The position numbers and the translations under genes were made by a program. Positions 49,201 to 61,600 of a stretch of 64,000 nt of DNA are shown here, in pieces. Origin of the DNA: Eledone cirrhosa (Eukaryota); NCBI GenBank assembly GCA_964016885.1, contig OZ024756.1, forward strand, positions 42,904,001-42,968,000, read 5' to 3'. Numbering within the stretch: position 1 is the stretch's first letter; every line of letters starts with the position of its first letter. A model generated the notes under the pieces. The model did no database searches and had not been told where the DNA came from. It saw only the letters and a program-made list of their open reading frames with translations.

Positions 49201-52200
49201 ACATTGGACACACACCAGAATCAGATATTGGACACACACACTAGAGAAAGACATTGGATACACAATAGAGACAGACATTAGACACACACCAGAGACAGAC
49301 ATTGGACACACACTAGAGACAGACATTGGACACACACCAGAGACAGACATTTGACACACACTAGAGACAGACATTGGACACACACTAGAGACAGGCATTG
49401 GACACACACTAGAGACAGACATTGGACACACACTAGAGAAAAACATTTGACACACACTAGAGACAGACATTGGACACACACACTAGAGACAGACATTGGA
49501 CACACACTAGAGACAGACATTGGACACACACTAGAGAGAGACATTGGACACACACACTAGAGACAGACATTAGACACACACTAGAGACAGACATTGGACA
49601 CACACACTAGGGACAGACATTGGAGACACACTAGATACAGACATTGGACACACACTAGAGACAGACATTGGACACACACTAGAGACAGACATTGGACACA
49701 CACAAGAGACAGACATTGGACACACACTAGAAACAGACATTGTACACACACTAGAGACAGACATTGGACACACACTAGAGACAGACATTGGACACACACT
49801 AGAGACAGACATTGGACAAACACTAGAGACAGACATTGGACACACACTAGAGACAGCCATTGGAAACACACCAGAGACAGACATTGGACACAAACCAGAG
49901 ACAGACATTGGAGACACACTAGAGACAGACATTGGACACACACTAGAGACAGACATTTGACACACACTAGAGACAGACATTGGACACACACTAGAGACAG
50001 ACATTGGACACACACTAGAGACAGACATTGGACACACACCAGAGACAGACATTGGACACAAACCAGAGACAGACATTGGACACACAATAGAGACAGACAT
50101 TGGACACACACTAGAGACTGACCTTGGACACACACCAAAGACAGACATTGGACACACACAAGAGACAGACATTGGACACCCACTAGAGACAGACATTGGA
50201 CACACACTAGAGACAGACATTGGACACACTAGAGACAGACATTGGACACACACCAAAGACAGACATTGGACACACACAAGAGACAGACATTTGACACACA
50301 CTAGAGACAGACATTGGTCACACACTAGAGACAGACATTGGACACACACTAGAGACAGACATTAGACACACACTAGAGACAGACATTGGACACACACTAG
50401 AGACAGACATTGGACACACACTAGAGAAAGACATTGGACACACATTAGAGACAGACGTTGGACACACACTAGAGACAGACATTGGACACACACTAGAGAG
50501 AGACATTGGACACACACTAGAGACAGACATTGAACACACAGTAAAGACAGACATTGGACACACACTAGAGACAGACATTGGACACACTAGAGACAGACAT
50601 TGGACACACACTAGAGACAGACATTGGACACACACTAGAGACAGATATTGGACACACATTAGAGACAGAGATTAGACACACACTAGAGACAGACATTGGA
50701 CACACACTAGAGACAGACATTGGACACACACTAGAGACAGACATTGGACACACACTAGAGACAGACATTGGACACACACCAGAATCAGATATTGGACACA
50801 CACACTAGAGAAAGACATTGGATACACAATAGAGACAGACATTAGACACACACCAGAGACAGACATTGGACACACACTAGAGACAGACATTGGACACACA
50901 CCAGAGACAGACATTTGACACACACTAGAGACAGACATTGGACACACACTAGAGACAGGCATTGGACACACACTAGAGACAGACATTGGACACACACTAG
51001 AGAAAAACATTTGACACACACTAGAGACATACATTGGACACACACACTAGAGACAGACATTGGACACACACTAGAGACAGACATTGGACACACACTAGAG
51101 AGAGACATTGGACACACACACTAGAGACAGACATTAGACACACACTAGAGACAGACATTGGACACACACACTAGGGACAGACATTGGAGACACACTAGAT
51201 ACAGACATTGGACACACACTAGAGACAGACATTGGACACACACTAGAGACAGACATTGGACACACACCAGAGTCAGACATTGGACACACACTAGAAACAG
51301 ACATTGGAGACACACTAGAGACAGACATTGGACACACACTAGAGACAGACATTGGACACACACTAGAGACAGACATTGGACAAACACTAGAGACAGACAT
51401 TGGACACACACTAGAGACAGCCATTGGAAACACACCAGAGACAGACATTGGACACAAACCAGAGACAGACATTGGACACACACTAGAGACAGACATTGGA
51501 CACACACTAGAGACAGACATTGGACACACACCAAAGACAGACATTGGACACACACAAGAGACAGACAGACATTGGACACACACTAGAGACAGACATTGGA
51601 CACACACCAGAGACAGACATTGGACACAAACCAGAGACAGACATTGGACACACAATAGAGACAGACATTGGACACACACTAGAGACAGACATTGGACACA
51701 CACCAAAGACAGACATTGGACACACACAAGAGACAGACATTGGATACCCACTAGAGACAGACATTGGACACACACTAGAGACAGACATTGGACACACTAG
51801 AGACAGACATTGGACACACTAGAGACAGACATTGGTCACACACTAGAGACAGACATTGGACACACACTAGAGACAGACATTAGACACACACTAGAGACAG
51901 ACATTGGACACACACTAGAGACAGACATTGGACACACACTAGAGACAGACATTGGACACACATTAGAGACAGACGTTGGACACACACTAGAGACAGACAT
52001 TGGACACACACTAGAGACAGACATTGGACACACACTAGAGACAGACATTGAACACACAGTAAAGACAGACATTGGACACACACTAGAGACAGACATTGGA
52101 CACACTAGAGACAGACATTGGACACACACTAGAGACAGACATTGGACACACACTAGAGACAGATATTGGACACACATTAGAGACAGAGATTAGACACACA

Positions 52201-55200
52201 CTAGAGACAGACATTGGACACACACTAGAGACAGACATTGGACACACACTAGAGACAGACATTGGACACACACTAGAGACACACATTGGACACACAACAG
52301 AATCAGATATTGGACACACACACTAGAGAAAGACATTGGATACACAATAGAGACATACATTGGACACACACCAGAGACAGACATTTGACACACACTAGAG
52401 ACAGACATTGGACACACACTAGAGACAGGCATTGGACACACACTAGAGACAGACATTGGACACACACTAGAGAAAAACATTTGACACACACTAGAGACAG
52501 ACATTGGACACACACACTAGAGACAGACATTGGACACACACTAGAGACAGACATTGGACACACACTAGAGAGAGACATTGGACACACACACTAGAGACAG
52601 ACATTAGACACACACTAGAGACAGACATTGGACACACACACTAGGGACAGACATTGGAGACACACTAGATACAGACATTGGACACACACTAGAGACAGAC
52701 ATTGGACACACACTAGAGACAGACATTGGACAAACACTTGAGACAGACATTGGACACACACTAGAGACAGCCATTGGAAACACACCAGAGACAGACATTG
52801 GACACAAACCAGAAACAGACATTGGACACACACTAGAGACAGACATTGGACACACACTAGAGACAGACATTGGACACACACTAGAGACAGACATTGGACA
52901 CACACTAGAGAAAAACTTTTGACACACACTAGAGACAGACATTGGACACACACTAGAGACAGACATTGGACACACACTAGAGACAGACATTGGACACACA
53001 CACTAGAGACAGATATTAGACACACACTAGAGACAGACATTGGACACACACACTAGGGACAGACATTGGACACACACTAGAGACAGACATTGGACACACA
53101 CTAGAGACAGACATTGGATACACACTAGAGACAGACATTGGACACACTAGAGACAGACATTGGGCACACACTCGAGACTGACATTGGACACACACTAGAG
53201 ACAGACATTGGAGACACTAGAGACAGACATTGGACACACACACTAGTGACAGACATCGGACACACACTAGAGACAGACATTGAACACACAGTAAAGACAG
53301 ACATTGGACACACACTAGAGACAGACATTGGACACACTAGAGACAGACATTGGACACACATTAGAGACAGACAGACATTGGACACACACTAGAGACAGAC
53401 ATTGGACACACACCAGAGACAGTCATTGGACACAACCCAGAGACAGACATTGGACACACAATAGAGACAGACATTGGACACACACTAGAGACTGACCTTG
53501 GACACACACCAAAGACAGACATTGGACACACACAAGAGACAGACATTGGACACCCACTAGAGACAGACATAGAACACACACTAGAGACAGACATTGGACA
53601 CACTAGAGACAGACATTGGACACACTAGAGACAGACATTGGTCACACACTAGAGACAGACATTGGACACACACTAGAGACAGACATTAGACACACACTAG
53701 AGACAGACATTGGACACACACTAGAGACAGACATTGGACACACACTAGAGACAGACATTGGACACACATTAGAGACAGACGTTGGACACACACTAGAGAC
53801 AGACATTGGACACACACTAGAGACAGACATTGGACACACACTAGAGACAGACATTGAACACACAGTAAAGACAGACATTGGACACACACTAGAGACAGAT
53901 ATTGGACACACATTAGAGACAGAGATTAGACACACACTAGAGGCAGACATTGGACACACACTAGAGACAGACATTGGACACACTAGAGACAGACATTGGA
54001 CACACACTAGAGACAGACATTGGACACACACTAGAGACAGATATTGGACACACATTAGAGACAGAGATTAGACACACACTAGAGACAGACATTGGACACA
54101 CACTAGAGACAGACATTGGACACACACTAGAGACAGACATTGGACACACACTAGAGACAGACATTGGACACACACCAGAATCAGATATTGGACACACACA
54201 CTAGAGAAAGACATTGGATACACAATAGAGACAGACATTAGACACACACCAGAGACAGACATTGGACACACACTAGAGACAGACATTGGACACACACCAG
54301 AGACAGACATTTGACACACACTAGAGACAGACATTGGACACACACTAGAGACAGGCATTGGACACACACTAGAGACAGACATTGGACACACACTAGAGAA
54401 AAACATTTGACACACACTAGAGACAGACATTGGACACACACACTAGAGACAGACATTGGACACACACTAGAGACAGACATTGGACACACACTAGAGAGAG
54501 ACATTGGACACACACACTAGAGACAGACATTAGACACACACTAGAGACAGACATTGGACACACACACTAGGGACAGACATTGGAGACACACTAGATACAG
54601 ACATTGGACACACACTAGAGACAGACATTGGACACACACTAGAGACAGACATTGGACACACACAAGAGACAGACATTGGACACACACTAGAAACAGACAT
54701 TGGACACACACTAGAGACAGACATTGGACACACACTAGAGACAGACATTGGACACACACTAGAGACAGACATTGGACAAACACTAGAGACAGACATTGGA
54801 CACACACTAGAGACAGCCATTGGAAACACACCACAGACAGACATTGGACACAAACCAGAGACAGACATTGGACACACACTAGAGACAGACATTGGACACA
54901 CACTAGAGACAGACATTGGACACACACCAAAGACAGACATTGGACACACACAAGAGACAGACATTGGACACACACTAGAGACAGACGTTGGACACACACT
55001 ATAGACAGACATTGGACACACTAGAGACAGACATTGGACACACTAGAGACAGACATTGGTCACACACTAGAGACAGACATTGGACACACACCAGAAACAG
55101 ACATTGGACACACACTAGAGACAGACATTGGACACACACTAGAGACAGACATTGGACACACACTAGAGACAGACATTGGACACACACAAGAGACAGACAG

Positions 55201-57050
55201 ACATTGGACACACACTAGAGACAGACATTGGACACACACCAGAGACAGACATTGGACACAAACCAGAGACAGACATTGGACACACAATAGAGACAGACAT
55301 TGGACACACACTAGAGACTGACCTTGGACACACACCAAAGACAGACATTGGACACACACAAGAGACAGACATTGGACACCCACTAGAGACAGACATTGGA
55401 CACACACTAGAGACAGACATTGGACACACTAGAGACAGACATTGGACACACTAGAGACAGACATTGGTCACACACTAGAGACAGACATTGGACACACACT
55501 AGAGACAGACATTAGACACACACTAGAGACAGACATTGGACACAGACTAGAGAGAGACATTGGACACACACTAGAGACAGACATTGGACACACATTAGAG
55601 ACAGACGTTGGACACACACTAGAGACAGACATTGGACACACACTAGAGACAGACATTGGACACACACTAGAGACAGACATTGAACACACAGTAAAGACAG
55701 ACATTGGACACACACTAGAGACAGACATTGGACACACTAGAGACAGACATTGGACACACACTAGAGACAGACATTGGACACACACTAGAGACAGATATTG
55801 GACACACATTAGAGACAGAGATTAGACACACACTAGAGACAGACATTGGACACATACTAGAGACAGACATTGGACACACACTAGAGACAGACATTGGACA
55901 CACACTAGAGACAGACATTGGACACACACCAGAATCAGATATTCGACACACACACTAGAGAAAGACATTGGATACACAATAGAGACAGACATTAGACACA
56001 CACCAGAGACAGACATTGGACACACACTAGAGACAGACATTGGACACACACCAGAGACAGACATTTGACACACACTAGAGACAGACATTGGACACACACT
56101 AGAGACAGGCATTGGACACACACTAGAGACAGACATTGGACACACACTAGAGAAAAACATTTGACACACACTAGAGACAGACATTGGACACACACACTAG
56201 AGACAGACATTGGACACACACTAGAGACAGACATTGGACACACACTAGAGAGAGACATTGGACACACACACTAGAGACAGACATTAGACACACACTAGAG
56301 ACAGACATTGGACACACACACTAGGGACAGACATTGGAGACACACTAGATACAGACATTGGACACACACTAGAGACAGACATTGGACACACACTAGAGAC
56401 AGACATTGGACACACACAAGAGACAGACATTGGACACACACTAGAAACAGACATTGGACACACACTAGAGACAGACATTGGACACACACTAGAGACAGAC
56501 ATTGGACACACACTAGAGACAGACATTGGACAAACACTAGAGACAGACATTGGACACACACTAGAGACAGCCATTGGAAACACACCAGAGACAGACATTG
56601 GACACAAACCAGAGACAGACATTGGACACACACTAGAGACAGACATTGGACACACACTAGAGACAGACATTGGACACACACCAAAGACAGACATTGGACA
56701 CACACAAGAGACAGACATTGGACACACACTAGAGACAGACGTTGGACACACACTATAGACAGACATTGGACACACTAGAGACAGACATTGGTCACACACT
56801 AGAGACAGACATTGGTCACACACTAGAGACAGACATTGGACACACACAAGAGACAGACATTAGACACACACTAGAGACAGACATTGGACACACACTAGAG
56901 ACAGACATTGGACACACACTAGAGACAGACATTGGACACACATTAGAGACAGACGTTGGACACACATTAGAGACAGACATTGGACACACACTAGAGACAG
57001 ACATTGGACACACACTAGAGACAGACATTGGACACACTAGAGACAGACAT
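43300..57050. repeat. Higher-order repeat domain of about 8 copies of a variable 1.3-1.9 kb unit
   Basis: A recurrent near-identical ORF starts at 44150, 45670, 46972, 48728, 51810, 53616 and 55442. Markers characteristic of the domain are CAGAATCAGATATT, GCCATTGGAAAC, GACTGACCTTGG, GGACACCCAC and a 28-bp monomer (GACTGACCTTGG and GGACACCCAC also occur in the adjacent 2.69 kb duplication). Confidence 0.88.
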
Positions 57051-58649
57051 TGGACACACTAGTAACAGACGTTGGACATACACAGTAGTGACAGACATTG
57101 GACACACACTAGAGACAGACATTGGACAGACACCAGAGACAGACATTGGACACACACTAGAGACAGACATTGGACACACACTAGAGACAGACATTGGACA
57201 CACACACTAGAGACAGACATTGGACACACACACTAGAGACAGACATTGGACACACACTAGAGACAGACATTGGATACACACTAGAGACAGACATTGGACA
57301 CACTAGAGACAGACATTGGGCACACACTAGAGACTGACATTGGACACACACTAGAGACAGACATTGGAGACACTAGAGACAGACATTGGACATACACACT
57401 AGTGACAGACATTGGACACACACTAGAGACAGACATTGAACACACAGTAAAGACAGACATTGGACACACACTAGAGACAGACATTGGACACACTAGAGAC
57501 AGACATTGGACACACACTAGAGACAGACATTGGACACACACTAGAGACAGATATTGGACACACACTAGAGACACACATTGGACACACACTAGAGACAGAC
57601 ATTGGACACACACTAGAGACAGACATTGGACACACACTAGAGACAGACATTGGACACACACCAGAGTCAGATATTGGACACACACACTAGAGAAAGACAT
57701 TGGATACACAATAGAGACAGACATTAGACACACACCAGAGACAGACATTGGACACACACTAGAGACAGACATTGGACACACACCAGAGACAGACATTTGA
57801 CACACACTAGAGACAGACATTGGACACACACTAGAAACAGACATTGGACACACACTAGAGACAGACATTGGACACACACTAGAGAAAAACATTTGACACA
57901 CACTACAGACAGACATTGGACACACACACTAGAGACAGACATTGGACACACACACTAGAGACAAACATTAGACACACACTAGAGACAGACATTGGACACA
58001 CACACTAGGGACATACTTTGGAGACACACTAGATACAGACATTGGACACACACTAGAGACAGACATTGGACACACTTTAGAGACAGACATTGGACACACA
58101 CCAGAGACAGACATTGGACACACACTAGAGACAGACATTGGAGACACACTAGAGACAGACATTGGACACACACTAGAGACAGACATTGGACACACACTAG
58201 AGACAGACATTGGACACACACTAGAGACAGACATTGGACACACACTAGAGACAGACAATGGACACACGCCAGAGACAGACATTGGACACACACCAGAGAC
58301 AGACATTGGACACACACTAGAGACAGACATTGGACACACACTAGAGACAGACATTGGACACACACCAAAGACAGACATTGGACACACACAAATGACAGAC
58401 ATTGGACACACACTAGAGACAGACATTGGACACACACACTAGGGACAGACATTGGAGACACACTAGATACAGACATTGGACACACACTAGAGACAGACAT
58501 TGGACACACACTAGAGACAGACATTGGACACACACTAGAGACAGACATTGGACACACACTAGAGACAGACATTGGACACACACTAGAGACAGACATTGGA
58601 CACACTAGAGACAGACATTGGTCACACACTAGAGACAGACATTAGACAC

Positions 58650-61600
58650 ACACTAGAGACAGACATTAGACACACACTAGAGACAGACATTGGACACACA
58701 CTAGAGACAGACATTGGACACACACTAGAGACAGACATTGGACACACACACTAGAGACAGACATTGGACACACACCAGAGACAGACATTGGAGACACAGT
58801 AAAGACAGATATTGGACACGCACTAGAGACAGACATTGGACACACTAGAGACAGACATTGGACACACACTAGAGACAGACATTGGACACACACTAGAGAC
58901 AGATATTGGACACACACTAGAGACAGACATTGGACACACATTAGGGACAGACATTGGACACACACTAGAGACAGACATTGGACACACACTAGAGACAGAC
59001 ATTGGACACACACCAGAGTCAGATATTGGACACACACACTAGAGAAAGACATTGGATACACAAAAGAGACAGACATTAGACACACACGAGAGACAGACAT
59101 TGGACACACACCAGAGACAGACATTTGACACACACTAGAGACAGACATTGGACACACACTAGAGACAGACATTGGACACACACTAGAGACAGACATTGGA
59201 CACACACTAGAGACAGACATTGGACACACACTAGAGAAAAACATTTGACACACACTAGAGACAGACATTGGACACACACACTAGAGACAGACATTGGACA
59301 CACACTAGAGACAGATATTAGACACACACTAGAGACAGACATTGGACACACACACTAGAGACAGACATTAGACACACACTAGAGACAGACATTGGACACA
59401 CACACTAGGGACAGACATTGGAGACACACTAGATACAGACATTGGACACACACTAGAGACAGACATTGGACACACTTTAGAGACAGACACTGGAGACACA
59501 CTAGAGACAGACATTGGACACACACTAGAGACAGACATCGGACACACACACTAGAGACAGACATTGGACACACACACTAGAGACAGACATTGGACACACA
59601 CTAGAGACAGACATTGGACACCAACTAGAGACAGACATTGGACACACTAGAGACAGACATTGGACACACACTAGAGACAGACATTGGACACACACTAGAG
59701 ACAGACAATGGACACACACCAGAGACAGACATTGGACACACACCAGAGACAGACATTGGACACACACTAGAGACAGACATTGGACACACACACTAGAGAC
59801 AGACATTGGACACACACACTAGGGTCAGACATTGGAGACACACTAGATACAGACATTGGACACACACCAGAGACAGACATTGGACACAAACCAGAGACAG
59901 ACATTGGACACACACTAGAGACAGACATTGGACACACACCAAAGACAGACATTGGACACACACAAGAGACAGACATTGGACACACACTAGAGACAGACAT
60001 TGGACACACACTAGAGACAGACATTGGACACACTAGAGACAGACATTGGTCACACACTAGAGACAGACATTGGGCACACACTAGAGACAGACATTAGACA
60101 CACACTAGAGACAGACATTGGACACACACTAGAGACAGACATTGGACACACACTAGAGACAGACATTGGACACACACTAGAGACAGACATTCGACACACT
60201 AGAGACAGACATTGGACACACTAGTGACAACATTGGACATACACACTAGAGACAGACATTGGACACACACATTAGAGACAGACATTGGACACACACTAGA
60301 GACAGACATTGGACACACACCAGAGACAGACATTGGACACACACTAGAGACAGACGTTGGACACACACTAGAGATAGACATTGGACACACATTAGAGACA
60401 GAGATTAGACACACACTAGAGACAGACATTGGACACACACTAGAGACAGACATTGGACACACACGCTAGAGACAGACATTGGACACACATACTAGAGACA
60501 GACATTGGACACACACTAGAGACAGACATTGGATACACACTAGAGACAGACATTGGACACACTAGAGACAGACATTGGGCATACACTAGAGACTGACATT
60601 GGACACACACTAGAGAAAGACATTGGAGACACTAGAGACAGACATTGGACACACACACTAGTGACAGACGTTGGACACACACTAGAGACAGACATTGAAC
60701 ACACAGTAAAGACAGATATTGGACACACACTAGAGACAGACATTGGACACACTAGAGATAGACATTGGACACACACTAGAGACAGACATTGGACACACAC
60801 TAGAGAGAGATATTGGACACACACTAGAGACAGACATTGGACACACATTAGAGACAGACATTGGACACACACTAGAGACAGACATTGGGCACACACTAGA
60901 GACAGACATTGGACACACACTAGAGACAGACATTGGACACACACCAGAGTCAGATATTGGACACACACACTAGAGAAAGACACTGGATACACAAAAGAGA
61001 CAGACATTAGACACACACCAGAGACAGACATTGGACCCACACTAGAGACAGACATTGGACACACACCAGAGACAGACATTTGACACACACTAGAGACAGA
61101 CATTGGACAAACACTAGAGACAGACATTGGACACACACTAGAGACAGACATTGGACACACACTAGAGAAAAATATTTGACACACACTAGAGACAGACATT
61201 GGACACACACACTAGAGACAGACATTGGACACACACTAGATACAGATATTGGACACACACTAGTGACAGACATTGGACACACACACTAGAGACAGACATT
61301 AGACACACACTAGAGACAGACATTGGACACACACACTAGAGACAGACATTGGAGACACACTAGATACAGACATTGGACACACACTAGAGACAGACATTGG
61401 ACACACTTTAGAGACAGACACTTGACACACACTAGAGACAGACATTGGACACACACTAGAGACAGACATCGGGGACACACACTAGAGACAGACATTGGAC
61501 ACACACACTAGAGACAGACATTGGACACACACTAGAGACAGACATTGGAGACACACTAGAGACAGACATTGGACACACACTAGAGACAGACATTGGACAC

